Shown in pieces: positions 16,990 through 27,294 of a DNA stretch of 51,445 bases (position 1 is the first letter of the stretch; each line of letters starts with the position of its first letter). Position numbers and translations under genes: made by a program. This DNA comes from an uncultured Bacteroidales bacterium (GTDB lineage Bacteria; Bacteroidota; Bacteroidia; Bacteroidales; UBA7960). The notes under the pieces are model-generated. The model was not told the DNA's origin, did no database searches, and was given only the letters and a program-made list of their open reading frames with translations. Where the stretch lies: contig CAYPFV010000003.1 in the NCBI GenBank assembly GCA_964410015.1, positions 1-51,445 on the forward strand. Direction: 5' to 3'.

Positions 16990-18768
16990 ATGGAACTTAT
17001 AAAATTAAATATAGATAACAGAACTGTTGAGGTGGAAAAAGGTACGACCATCTATCATGCAGCAAAAAAGTTAAATATCCACATTCCTACTTTGTGCTAC
17101 ATGAATCTTACCGACCTCAACATAGAGCATAAACCCGGTGGTTGCCGTATTTGTGTGGTAGAGGTTGAAGGACGCCGTAATCTGGCTCCCTCCTGTGCCA
17201 CAGAATGTGCCGAAGGTATGGAGGTAAAAACACATTCATTAAGGGTGCTCAATGCCCGCCGCACCGTTTTGGAATTGCTGATCTCTGATCACCCCTTCGA
17301 TTGTTTGGTATGTGCCAAATCCGGTAACTGCGACTTGCAGGACCTGGCCATCAAACTGGGTGTTCGCGATATTCCTTTTCAGGGCGAGAAATCGACTTAC
17401 AAAGAAGATTTTTCACCTGCTATTATTCGCGATATGGATAAATGTATCATGTGTCGTCGTTGCGAAACCATGTGTAACGATTTTCAAACTGTAGGTGTAC
17501 TCTCCGGAATACATCGTGGTTTTGAATCTGTTGTGGCACCAGCTTTTGAACGCGATCTCGATCATAGCGAATGTACTTATTGCGGACAGTGTGTTGCTGT
17601 TTGCCCCACCGGCGCACTCACAGAGGTTGACCATACTAAAAATGTAATTTCTGCCCTTGCCGATCCTAAAAAAACCGTTGTCGTACAAACTGCTCCTGCC
17701 GTTAGAGCTGCTTTGGGAGAAGAGTTTGGCATGGAACTAGGTTCGCTGGTAACAGGTAAAATGGTTGCTGCTCTGCGTCAGCTTGGCTTCGACTTTGTTT
17801 TTGATACCGATTTTGCTGCCGATCTTACCATTATGGAAGAGGGTACCGAAATGCTTGATCGCTTAACACGACACATGAATGGCGACAAACAGGTGAAACT
17901 ACCAATTCTTACTTCTTGCTGCCCGGGATGGGTAAACTTCTTTGAATACAACTACCCCGATATGCTCGATATTCCTTCTACTGCCCGTTCACCACAACAA
18001 ATGTTCGGGGCAGTTGCCAAATCCTATTTTGCCGAAAAGCAAAAGATTGATCGTAAGGATATGGTGGTGGTTTCTATTATGCCTTGTGTGGCCAAAAAAT
18101 ATGAATGTACCCGTGAAGAATTTTCTGTGGAAGGCAACCCTGATGTTGATTTTTCAATTTCTACACGCGAATTGGCCAAATTCATCAAAAATTCAAATAT
18201 AGATTTTGCATCTCTGCCAGATGAGGATTTTGATCTTCCATTGGGAGAATCTACCGGAGCAGGAGTAATTTTTGGTACCACCGGTGGTGTAATTGAAGCT
18301 GCCACCCGTACTGCTTACGAACTGCATACCGGTAAAAAACTTGAGAGTGTTGAATTTGAAGCACTGAGAGGCTTTGATGGTATCCGTTCTGCCACGGTTG
18401 ATTTTAACGGAACCGAAATCAGAATTGGCATAGCACACGGATTGGGCAATGCCCGTAAACTTCTGGATAAAGTAAAAAGTGGAGAAGCCGATTTTCACGC
18501 TATTGAGATCATGGCTTGTCCTGGTGGTTGTATTGGGGGTGGTGGGCAGCCGCTGCATCATGGCAATACTTCGATCCTGAAAGCACGCTCAAGGGCTCTT
18601 TATACCGAAGACAAAGGCAAAAAAATCAGAAAATCCCATGAAAATCCAAATATTATCAAACTCTACGACGAATATTTATCGAAACCTGGTAGTGAAAAAG
18701 CACACAAACTTCTTCATACACATTATTTTGCCAAAAAAAAGCAGGTATTTATAGAGCAAGATATCTGA
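16990..18768 (+). CDS. hndD: [FeFe]-hydrogenase catalytic subunit, group A3 (HydA/HndD)
   Basis: TSCCPGW, MPCVAKKYE, EIMACPGGCIGGGGQP and four accessory FeS motifs. Confidence 0.95.
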   Translation: MELIKLNIDNRTVEVEKGTTIYHAAKKLNIHIPTLCYMNLTDLNIEHKPGGCRICVVEVEGRRNLAPSCATECAEGMEVKTHSLRVLNARRTVLELLISDHPFDCLVCAKSGNCDLQDLAIKLGVRDIPFQGEKSTYKEDFSPAIIRDMDKCIMCRRCETMCNDFQTVGVLSGIHRGFESVVAPAFERDLDHSECTYCGQCVAVCPTGALTEVDHTKNVISALADPKKTVVVQTAPAVRAALGEEFGMELGSLVTGKMVAALRQLGFDFVFDTDFAADLTIMEEGTEMLDRLTRHMNGDKQVKLPILTSCCPGWVNFFEYNYPDMLDIPSTARSPQQMFGAVAKSYFAEKQKIDRKDMVVVSIMPCVAKKYECTREEFSVEGNPDVDFSISTRELAKFIKNSNIDFASLPDEDFDLPLGESTGAGVIFGTTGGVIEAATRTAYELHTGKKLESVEFEALRGFDGIRSATVDFNGTEIRIGIAHGLGNARKLLDKVKSGEADFHAIEIMACPGGCIGGGGQPLHHGNTSILKARSRALYTEDKGKKIRKSHENPNIIKLYDEYLSKPGSEKAHKLLHTHYFAKKKQVFIEQDI

Positions 18769-18832
18769 CAGGCATTAACAGAGAGATGTTTGTATTTATA
18801 AAATAAAATACTTTAAAAAAATATACGAAATC

Positions 18833-19324
18833 ATGACTTCAGTAAAATTAAAGTTGAAAGAAAATGATGTGAAGAAGCTCCATGAAGTATGCGATTCGTT
18901 TAACAACGAAGCAGGAGAGCTCATCAACGTTTTGCATAAAGCCCAGGAGATTTTCGGATATCTTCCCGCAGAGGTTCAGGAGGTAGTGGCCGATGGGTTA
19001 AACATACCTGTTGCGAAAGTTTACGGGGTAGTAACCTTCTATAGTTTTTTCACCATGTTGCCCCGCGGACGTTATCCTATTTCTATATGTACAGGTACTG
19101 CCTGCTACGTTAGGGGTGCAGAAAAGGTACTTGATGAATTTAAACGCATTCTGAAGGTGCCTGTGGGTGAAACAACCGAAGATGGCAAGTTCTCTATTAC
19201 CTGCTTGCGGTGTGTAGGTGCTTGCGGACTGGCACCTGTAGTAATGGTAGGCGATAAAACCTATGGCCGCGTTACTACGGATGGCGTAAAAGATATTCTG
19301 AAAGAATACGAGACTGAAGACTAA
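18833..19324 (+). CDS. hndA: NuoE-like [2Fe-2S] subunit (HydC/HndA)
   Basis: VYGVVTFYSFF, CTGTAC, CVGACGLAP. Confidence 0.92.
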   Translation: MTSVKLKLKENDVKKLHEVCDSFNNEAGELINVLHKAQEIFGYLPAEVQEVVADGLNIPVAKVYGVVTFYSFFTMLPRGRYPISICTGTACYVRGAEKVLDEFKRILKVPVGETTEDGKFSITCLRCVGACGLAPVVMVGDKTYGRVTTDGVKDILKEYETED

Positions 19325-19358
19325 CAGGCGAAGCAAAATCGAAAGAATCTTTGCCAGC

Positions 19359-19404
19359 AAAAAAGAGGAGCATACCTGTAACGGGTGTGCACCTCTTTTT
19401 TTTT
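19359..19404. terminator. Bidirectional intrinsic terminator
   Basis: AAAAAAGAGGAGCATACC...GGTGTGCACCTCTTTTTTTTT between convergent genes. Confidence 0.8.
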
Positions 19405-19527
19405 GAAGGATTATTTCTTTCCCTGGTTTACTAAAACCCCTAAAAGGTTGCTGCATTTTGTTCTGTTTCAATATCCTGTACCCGGATAGTTTTACGGTGG
19501 TCAGTCAGAAATAAAAGTAAATCTGTT

Positions 19528-20643
19528 TTATTTCTTTGGATAGTATTCATCTATCAGAAACAGGTAGTTTTTCGGAAGATGATGTGCATAAATGTTTTCC
19601 TGATCATCCGGAAAAATTTTATCATATTCACCAGTAGGTTTCAAAACAATGGTATGTCCGGCGCGGGAATAATTTATAGTTTCATAATATTCGGGGGGTA
19701 CAAATTCGGGCATAAAATTCTTAATTTGTTTTGAAATGGCTCTGCCCAGATATTTTTCATAGTTTTTTCTTGTTCTTTCCGCAGGTTTGTATAATCTTTT
19801 GTAAGCATGCATCAAATAAAGGCGTCTTGGAAATTTTTGACTTCTGATACCCTTGCGGGCGTTTTTGAAAGGGTTTATTTCATTAAAATTATAGATCGTT
19901 TGAACAGTTAGAGGTGTTTCAGGCACCCAATCAGCTGTATTTACCACGTTAAATGCCCATCCATTGTGGTTCATCATTTCGTAATCATAGGCAAAAAACA
20001 AATTGCCGGGTTTGGGAGCAGCACTGCTGTATGTCTTAAACCGGATACCAGAGGGTAACAATTCCTGCTTTTGCAAATGTTGAAGATGTGCGTTGAGCAG
20101 AAAACTGATGGCACCCCCCTGACTGTGCCCGGTGATCATAAAATGACGTGTTCCGGTTTGATAAAGCGAATCAATTCGCGGCAAAATATCAATGGAAAGG
20201 CTTGCCATTCCGATCATCCATCCGGTATGAACTGCCGCCTTAGGGTTTTCTGCTACTTTATAATTGATCGTATTATCCCGCGACAATACGAGCGATCCCT
20301 CGGCAGGTATCATCGCTACATAATAATTGGCCAGCCAACTTTCTGTTTTTGGAGTGGTGCCCCTGATACTGATCACTGCCACACCATCATCCCGCATCCA
20401 TAGTTCCCATAAATGATCCAGCCCCATAGGTTCCGAACGGTAAATTTTTTTGTAATCTGCCGGATGTGTAAGTCCGGAAAGCTTTGTACTATCGAGATTA
20501 TTTGTGAATTCTGCAATCAGTAGCATATCACGATACTCAGTACTATTGAAACCAGACTTAAGTTTCTGACCGAAAACAGTTGACGGGAATAAGATGATGG
20601 TAAAGATGGAAATAGAATAAAAAAATAAAATCTTCGTGTTCAT
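19528..20643 (-). CDS. Secreted lipase, class 3 family
   Basis: ISIRGT, VHTGW, TGHSQGG nucleophile elbow, DWVP; signal peptide from ATG at 20643. Confidence 0.85.
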   Translation of the reverse strand: MNTKILFFYSISIFTIILFPSTVFGQKLKSGFNSTEYRDMLLIAEFTNNLDSTKLSGLTHPADYKKIYRSEPMGLDHLWELWMRDDGVAVISIRGTTPKTESWLANYYVAMIPAEGSLVLSRDNTINYKVAENPKAAVHTGWMIGMASLSIDILPRIDSLYQTGTRHFMITGHSQGGAISFLLNAHLQHLQKQELLPSGIRFKTYSSAAPKPGNLFFAYDYEMMNHNGWAFNVVNTADWVPETPLTVQTIYNFNEINPFKNARKGIRSQKFPRRLYLMHAYKRLYKPAERTRKNYEKYLGRAISKQIKNFMPEFVPPEYYETINYSRAGHTIVLKPTGEYDKIFPDDQENIYAHHLPKNYLFLIDEYYPKK

Positions 20644-21003
20644 CTCAACAAAATTAAAAGGGGTGCGTATTTTATTTTGTGTCAAAAGTATGGTTTTTCA
20701 ATCTTAATCAAAATGTTTTTTTGAAAAATATTTCATATACCAGGATAATGTATTTTTGTAGTACATTTCAATATCCAAAACTTTCAAAGACTACTATTCA
20801 TTACTTTTTTCGATTGAGATTTTTATCATAAATGTTTTGTTCATATTTGAAAAGTTGAAGATTTTCTTTCAATTATTTGCAAATGAAGGGAGGTGACTTA
20901 TAAGAGTAAAAGTTAATAATAGGTATATGTGGTCATTTTTACATATTGAAATATTGTTTTGACAATCCTGGTTTTCGATTTGCCTGAATGTTTTTTTTAT
21001 TTA

Positions 21004-21221
21004 TGCACCGAGCCATGACAAAAATTTTGACACACACACGCGAATGATTAGATTTCGCAGCATAGTAAAAAAAAAACCGGAGTTTTGGTGAGCTCCATCT
21101 GACCGATTTAATCAAATTATGAACAGATGAAACATCCATGATTAAAGATTAAACACACACGAGGATGATTAAATTGGATGTTCCATCTGACCGAATTAAT
21201 CAAATTATAAACAGATGAAAC
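21004..21221 (+). repeat. Array of the modular dispersed repeat (two cores)
   Basis: Cores at 21114-21131 (one mismatch) and 21202-21219; CCATGA...ACACACACG...ATGATTA modules at about 21006-21050 and 21132-21171. Confidence 0.92.
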
Positions 21222-21256
21222 AATTCTGTATTTTTGAAAAAATTTAAAATAAACAC

Positions 21257-21814
21257 ATGAAAACATCAAAAATTATTTTCGGTATCGTGCTTTCCCTTAT
21301 TCTTATTTTGGTTGCCATATACGCGTATTATGGTGGCTTTTCAAAAATTGATTTTGAAGTAAGACAAGGAGGGGGAGAAACATTGGTTTACCAATCCTTA
21401 AAAGGTGATTATTCGCAAACTGCAATGGTTACAGATGAGATTTATGAGATTTTACTTTCTGATTACGACATAGAAACTTTTAAAGGTTTTGGAATCTATT
21501 ATGATAATCCTGCTGAAGTAACCACAGAGGAACTCAGATCGGATGTAGGATGTATTTTGCCTGAGGAACATGCAGACAAAAAACCTATGCTCGAGAGTGA
21601 GTTTAAAGTAGAGACCGCACCTTATGGTGATTTTGTTGTAACCGAGTTTCCCTATCGTGGACAACTATCTTTCATGGTTGGGGTTATGAAAGTGTACCCT
21701 GCTATGACACGATTTATTCAACAAAAAGGATTAAACCCCAATACACCGGTAATGGAAATTTATGATATTCCCAATAAAAAAATTATTTATCGGAAAGAGA
21801 TGGTAGAATTGTAA
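21257..21814 (+). CDS. Membrane-anchored GyrI-like small-molecule-binding protein
   Basis: N-terminal hydrophobic helix; GIYYDNP...LRSDVG and MEIYD motifs. Confidence 0.75.
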   Translation: MKTSKIIFGIVLSLILILVAIYAYYGGFSKIDFEVRQGGGETLVYQSLKGDYSQTAMVTDEIYEILLSDYDIETFKGFGIYYDNPAEVTTEELRSDVGCILPEEHADKKPMLESEFKVETAPYGDFVVTEFPYRGQLSFMVGVMKVYPAMTRFIQQKGLNPNTPVMEIYDIPNKKIIYRKEMVEL

Positions 21815-21917
21815 GAAGATCCCGGCAGAAAAACAAGTTATTTTTATCTATATTGGCTGGCGATTGTAAAATGTAGTAAAAGAATTATTGATTGTTGTTC
21901 TGTTTGTTTTTCAATGA

Positions 21918-22820
21918 TCATATCACTTCACCCAACCCAAAGAATAAGGCATAGGCGAGGGTGGAAAGGGCAAGTCTTTTCAGTTCGGGGTAGAGTTGCA
22001 TAGGGTGAGTATGACGAAAAACCGCTACAATGTTTTGAATGAGCAGGGGTAGTGTAAGGATAAACAGAAACTGGTAGTTTGACTGGTAATTAAAAATTAC
22101 ATACAGTGTACCTAAAACAACCGAGCCACCAACCAGTGCCAGGTGATAGTATTTTGCTTTTTGGCTGCCCATCCAAACTACCATAGTATTCTTTTGAGCT
22201 TTTTTATCGCTTTCATAATCGCGCAAATTATTGAGATTAAGCACCCCTGCGCTCAACAGCCCGATGGAAGCTGCAGGTAGGATCAGCCAGGGTTTCAGAA
22301 GTCCGGTATGCAGAAAATACGTACCTAATACACCAATAAGACCAAAGAATAAAAACACGGAAATATCTCCCAATCCTCTGTATCCGTAAGGATTTTTACC
22401 CACCGTATAGGTAATGGCTGCTATGATGGCGGCAAGACCGATACCAATAAAAACAAATATTGTTTTCATATCTTGTCCACGCAAACCGAAATATATAAGC
22501 ATCAATCCAGAAATTAGTGCCAGCATCACTGTAAGGATAATTCCTTTTTTCATATGTTTAGGGGAGATCATTCCACTTTGAACCAACCGGCGCGGGCCAA
22601 CTCTTTCCATACTGTCGGCCCCACTTTTAAAATCACCATAATCGTTGGCAAGGTTAGATAAGATCTGTAGGAAAAGTGTGGTCAGAATCGCCAGGATCAG
22701 AACTATCCAATGAAAAGAACCATGAGCATAAGCAAAGAAACTCCCCAAAAGGGGGCTCGACAATGCAAGGGGCAGCGTTTTAAGTCTGGCAGCTTCTATC
22801 CATGCTTTAATTTGGTTCAT
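21918..22820 (-). CDS. menA: 1,4-dihydroxy-2-naphthoate polyprenyltransferase
   Basis: ARLKTLPL, NLANDYGD, NNLRDYESD UbiA-family motifs; men cluster context. Confidence 0.93.
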   Translation of the reverse strand: MNQIKAWIEAARLKTLPLALSSPLLGSFFAYAHGSFHWIVLILAILTTLFLQILSNLANDYGDFKSGADSMERVGPRRLVQSGMISPKHMKKGIILTVMLALISGLMLIYFGLRGQDMKTIFVFIGIGLAAIIAAITYTVGKNPYGYRGLGDISVFLFFGLIGVLGTYFLHTGLLKPWLILPAASIGLLSAGVLNLNNLRDYESDKKAQKNTMVVWMGSQKAKYYHLALVGGSVVLGTLYVIFNYQSNYQFLFILTLPLLIQNIVAVFRHTHPMQLYPELKRLALSTLAYALFFGLGEVI

Positions 22821-22935
22821 TTTGGTGGAAATTGTCAGGGTTTTGATTTTGCCAGGTAATTACAATAGATACCAGTTTAGGTTTATTTCATCATGCAAAT
22901 ACCGTTTATAAATCTATCTGTTTCAGATGCTTTGA

Positions 22936-23760
22936 TCAGGGAAACTTCGGGTATTTTTTAAAGTCCGGGGCTCTTTTTTCCAGGAATGCATTTTTTCCTT
23001 CCTGTGCTTCTTCTGTGAGGTAGTAAAGCAATGTGGCATTGCCGGCCAACTCCTGCACACCAGCCTGCCCGTCGAGTTCGGCATTCAGCCCCATCTTAAT
23101 CATACGTAAAGCAAGTGGGCTTCTCTGCATCATTTTTTTACTCCATTCCACGGTAGTATCTTCCAGTTGATCAAAAGGTACCACTTTATTGACCATACCC
23201 ATCTCACGTGCCTCTTCGGCAGTGTACTGATCGCAAAGAAACCAGATTTCCCGTGCTTTTTTTTGCCCTACATGGCGGGCAAGATAAGAAGAACCAAATC
23301 CTGCGTCGAAACTGCCAACTTTAGGTCCGGTCTGACCGAATATGGCATTTTCGGAGGCAATGGTAAGATCGCAAACAACATGCAATACATGTCCACCGCC
23401 AATGGCATATCCGTTTACCATGGCAATAACAGGTTTGGGCAGAGAGCGTATCTGGCGTTGCAAATCCAGCACATTCAACCGGGGTACACCATCTTTTCCT
23501 ACATATCCACCAATGCTTTTTACGTTTTGATCGCCACCGCTGCAAAAAGCTTTATCTCCTTCACCAGTAATCACCACTACATATATGTCCTGATTTTCAC
23601 GACATATCACCATGGCATCTTTCATTTCCTGTATGGTATCAGGTGTAAAAGCATTATAATATCTGGGGCGGTTGATTGTAATTTTAGCAATGCCTTCAAA
23701 AATTTCAAATTTTATCTCTGAATATTCTTTAAGGGTTTTCCAATCTCTTTTAGTGCTCAT
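22936..23760 (-). CDS. menB: 1,4-dihydroxy-2-naphthoyl-CoA synthase
   Basis: [32 protein letters not shown]; start at ATG 23760 overlapping the menD stop. Confidence 0.96.
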   Translation of the reverse strand: MSTKRDWKTLKEYSEIKFEIFEGIAKITINRPRYYNAFTPDTIQEMKDAMVICRENQDIYVVVITGEGDKAFCSGGDQNVKSIGGYVGKDGVPRLNVLDLQRQIRSLPKPVIAMVNGYAIGGGHVLHVVCDLTIASENAIFGQTGPKVGSFDAGFGSSYLARHVGQKKAREIWFLCDQYTAEEAREMGMVNKVVPFDQLEDTTVEWSKKMMQRSPLALRMIKMGLNAELDGQAGVQELAGNATLLYYLTEEAQEGKNAFLEKRAPDFKKYPKFP

Positions 23761-25438
23761 TTTTAAATGATATTTGTTGAAAATACTGTTTAAATATATT
23801 TGCGGAAAGATCTCCATCTGTTGTTATATGAAGAACAACAGGACGAGAGTTTGGTTTGAAGAAATCTTGTAAAAGTTCAGACAATTCATTTTTGTTGCCG
23901 GCATGATGGTAATCTGTGTTATATGCCATACATAGTTTTTGAATGTCTACATGATGGGGTGTTTCCAGAAATTGTCTAACCCTGTTTGAGGCACTACCTG
24001 TATCGATGATCTTAAAAATATTTCCACCATTGTTATCCAGAACAATAATCCTGAGATTATTTGGCAGATGGTTGTTCCATAAACCGTTGGAATCGTAGAT
24101 AAAAGCAAGGTCTCCTGTTAATAAAATATTGAGGTTTTCTGTAACACTTGCTGCTCCGGTTGTCGTAGATACACATCCATCGATGCCCGAGACACCCCGG
24201 TTGCTGAAATAATGGATATTGCTGTGTGTTGGAAAAAGTTGAGAATACCTTATGGGTGTACTGTTAGCCAAATGAAGATTGATGTTTTCGGGAAGTGTCT
24301 GCCATATTTGATCGAAAACATACAAATCGCAAAAAGGGATGGTTTTTAAAAACCGGATATGTTTTTCAAAACTTTTACGGTATGCTTGCAATGCTTTCCC
24401 TGCATAGTCATTGGAGCTATCTTTGTTTCTCTTTAGTTGATCAAAAAAAGTAACCGGGGGTAGGTTTATCAGATCAGATAGTGCCTGAAAGGTGTCAATA
24501 AGTTTTGAAGACCGGCTGATGTGCCAATGTTTCGTGGGTTTGTATAGGCGTAAATATTGTTTCAGTTTTTTCGACAATACTGCCCCTCCCATTGTAATAA
24601 GCAAATCTGGTTGAAAATCTTTTCTTTCACTTTCATTCAATGATGCCAGAAAACGGTCGGGGTTATCAATAAAATTACTGCCGGCAATTCCGGAAATGTT
24701 TTCAGCTATTACTACAGCTTCTTTATCAACTGCAATATTGTGAAGAATATGATGTGGAATTTCTTCCTGGTACATCCCACAAATAATGAGTCTTTTTTCA
24801 GATGTCTTCCATTGTTCCGAAAAAGAGGTAAGGTTTTCAATGTTGGTATTAAATGAGGGTTGAGTGGTTTTTATGGAATGATGTAAGTTCAGTGGTTTTG
24901 GTAATGGATCATAGAGAGGTTCACGAAGCGGTACATTGATGTGAACAGGGGCGAACAAGTTTTGTGTGGCTGCTTGTAATGCTTCTGCCAGTGTTCTTCT
25001 GAACAACCATAAATCATTGTCATGTGCAGTTTCCACAGGCAATTGAAATGATTTTCTGACCACCTGGTCAAAAACATTATTTTGTCTGATGGTTTGCCCG
25101 TCGTTTTGGTCTATCCATTCCGGTGGTCGGTCGGCTGTAATGGCAATAAGCGGAATATGGGCATATAGTGCTTCGGCAAGAGCAGGGGCATAATTAAGAA
25201 CTGCAGTACCCGAGGTACACACAATGGCAACAGGTTGGCGTAATTGCTGCGCCATTCCCAGGGCAAAATAACCGGCACTTCTTTCGTCGGTAATACTTTT
25301 GCAATGGATTAAATTGTTTTGAGTAAGAGACATAACAAGCGGTGCATTGCGCGATCCGGGCGAAATAACAGCATGATGAACACCATTTTGTTTCAGGATA
25401 AAAGGCAATTCGCTTATTCCCCTTCTGCTGCTGTGCAT
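23750..25438 (-). CDS. menD: SEPHCHC synthase
   Basis: [45 protein letters not shown]...NNGGNIF; start at ATG 25438. Confidence 0.95.
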   Translation of the reverse strand: MHSSRRGISELPFILKQNGVHHAVISPGSRNAPLVMSLTQNNLIHCKSITDERSAGYFALGMAQQLRQPVAIVCTSGTAVLNYAPALAEALYAHIPLIAITADRPPEWIDQNDGQTIRQNNVFDQVVRKSFQLPVETAHDNDLWLFRRTLAEALQAATQNLFAPVHINVPLREPLYDPLPKPLNLHHSIKTTQPSFNTNIENLTSFSEQWKTSEKRLIICGMYQEEIPHHILHNIAVDKEAVVIAENISGIAGSNFIDNPDRFLASLNESERKDFQPDLLITMGGAVLSKKLKQYLRLYKPTKHWHISRSSKLIDTFQALSDLINLPPVTFFDQLKRNKDSSNDYAGKALQAYRKSFEKHIRFLKTIPFCDLYVFDQIWQTLPENINLHLANSTPIRYSQLFPTHSNIHYFSNRGVSGIDGCVSTTTGAASVTENLNILLTGDLAFIYDSNGLWNNHLPNNLRIIVLDNNGGNIFKIIDTGSASNRVRQFLETPHHVDIQKLCMAYNTDYHHAGNKNELSELLQDFFKPNSRPVVLHITTDGDLSANIFKQYFQQISFKNEH

Positions 25439-25440
25439 AA

Positions 25441-26583
25441 TCAGGGTGTATTTAATGATTCTATGATGGATTCCAGTGTTTTTTTCTTCGAGAGGGTTTC
25501 TTCCCATTCTTTTTGAGGGCTTGATCCAGCAGTTATGCCTGCGCCCACGTAATAATTATGAAAACCATCTATTATTTTCATGCACCGGAGGTTTACAAAA
25601 AGTTTCCATTCATTTTCGAGGTTTACAGGCCCCAGATAACCTGTATAATACTCTCTTTCATGCTTTTCCAGTTTGCTAATCCATTCTTTAGCGATATCCT
25701 TGGGTAAACCACATACCGATGGTGTGGGGTGAAGGTCGTTGATAAATGCCGATAGTTTTTCGTTTAATTGTGAAGCAGGAAAAGAAAAAGTTGATTTCAG
25801 ATGTTCAATATTTGCCGCTTTGCAAGTAAATGGTCCTTTTTTTATGTAATTATCAATCTCATTATTTTGTAAAACTTTTTCTATATAATTGGTAACAATT
25901 TCCTGTTCGTCCAGTTCTTTATCATGCCATGGTTTTTGGGTCTGACCTTTCAGGTAAGGGCGTGTTCCTGCCAGAGAAACGGTGCTGGCGGTACCATTTT
26001 CTATGATCAATAGTGGTTCGGGAGTTGCACCAAACCATAAACCTGATTCATGAGTGTAAAGCATGTAAACAAATGCGTGAGGATAAGATTTATTGAGTGC
26101 CTGAAAAAAGCCCGAAGGTGAGAAATTTTCACTAACCCTTGTTCGCGATAAATGTGAAAGCACTAGCTTATCCAGCGAACTATGATGAATAATTTTTTTT
26201 ATGGATTTCACATTTTGAAAAAAATCGGTTGGGTTGGTTATATCTCTATGATTTTCGATTTTATCAATTTTTCTTACCTCTGGATATTTTGAAAGATCCA
26301 TCTCTTTTAAAAGATCCATATCTTTTGTGTCATGAATAATTTTTTCTGGTTTAATAAACCGGATGGGATGGCGTTCATGATTATCGAAAGGGGCGAAGAT
26401 GAATCCTTTTTTATCTTCAACCTCATGAATATTCTTAATTATTTCTGGTTGTGTTTTCCATTGCAGCAAAGTTGTGGGTCTGCTTTTTTGCGGACTTCGC
26501 CAGGTTACAAAAGAAAACCCCTTTGCCATTGCTATCTTATAAAATTCGTCTAAACTTTTTTGTTCTGAAATTAATGCTTCCAT
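25441..26583 (-). CDS. menF: Isochorismate synthase
   Basis: KLVLS, GATPE, SLAGT, LHPTPSVCG, YVGAGIT...EWEET. Confidence 0.9.
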   Translation of the reverse strand: MEALISEQKSLDEFYKIAMAKGFSFVTWRSPQKSRPTTLLQWKTQPEIIKNIHEVEDKKGFIFAPFDNHERHPIRFIKPEKIIHDTKDMDLLKEMDLSKYPEVRKIDKIENHRDITNPTDFFQNVKSIKKIIHHSSLDKLVLSHLSRTRVSENFSPSGFFQALNKSYPHAFVYMLYTHESGLWFGATPEPLLIIENGTASTVSLAGTRPYLKGQTQKPWHDKELDEQEIVTNYIEKVLQNNEIDNYIKKGPFTCKAANIEHLKSTFSFPASQLNEKLSAFINDLHPTPSVCGLPKDIAKEWISKLEKHEREYYTGYLGPVNLENEWKLFVNLRCMKIIDGFHNYYVGAGITAGSSPQKEWEETLSKKKTLESIIESLNTP

Positions 26584-26606
26584 GAATATTGTGCAAATAG
26601 TAATTC

Positions 26607-27017
26607 TTAACTTGTTTTTTCAATAATCATATTGGTAATCCTGCTCACCGATATTTTTCTACCTGTTTCATCGGTTATGGTTATATCCCAAACGTGTGTT
26701 TTTGTTCCTTTGTGCAATAAAGAGGCATGGGCGTAGACAAATCCAGATGAAACCGAACCAATATGATTGGCATTGAGCTGCATTCCCACCACAATGTATT
26801 TAGAAAGGTCTACCAGGTTGTAAGAAGCTGCCCCACCAATTGTTTCTGCCAAAGCCAAACTGGCACCACCGTGTAAAATGCCCATGGGTTGTAAGGTACG
26901 TTGATCAACAGGCATTTTTGCTTTCAGAAAATCTTCTCCGGATTCGGTAAATTCAATACCCAGAAGGTCTACCATTGTATTGCGGCATATTTCATTGAGT
27001 TGCTTTACAGTGATCAT
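26607..27017 (-). CDS. menI: Hotdog-fold thioesterase (DHNA-CoA hydrolase-like)
   Basis: QPMGILHGGASLALAET motif; heads the men cluster; start at ATG 27017. Confidence 0.8.
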   Translation of the reverse strand: MITVKQLNEICRNTMVDLLGIEFTESGEDFLKAKMPVDQRTLQPMGILHGGASLALAETIGGAASYNLVDLSKYIVVGMQLNANHIGSVSSGFVYAHASLLHKGTKTHVWDITITDETGRKISVSRITNMIIEKTS

Positions 27018-27208
27018 ATTTTTTGTTCGTTTATGATTTTTATGCACCTGTGGGACAATTTAAATTCAACATCCCATGATTAAAAGTGGGTATTTAAGTT
27101 AACATTGCTTCGTTTGAAATGTTTGCGTTTGCAAGCAAACATTCGGGCCAAGATAACTGTTTATAAACCTGGTTGCACGACAAGGCAGGGATAAAAAATG
27201 GATAATTA

Positions 27209-27253
27209 GTTCCAGCAAGAAAACACTTGTTTTTTGTGTTTTCTTGCTGGAAC
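27209..27253. other. Perfect 18-bp inverted repeat (terminator or processing hairpin)
   Basis: GTTCCAGCAAGAAAACAC-N9-GTGTTTTCTTGCTGGAAC downstream of apbE. Confidence 0.65.
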
Positions 27254-27294
27254 AAATTAAATTATACCAAAATAGATGATTTTGGCTATCTGAT

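Noticed and set aside
20939-21139. 66-aa minus-strand ORF
   Set aside because: Read-through of the repeat array; no protein features
21004-21221. CRISPR array call
   Set aside because: Only two repeats, the spacer-like parts recur at other loci, and no cas genes are present
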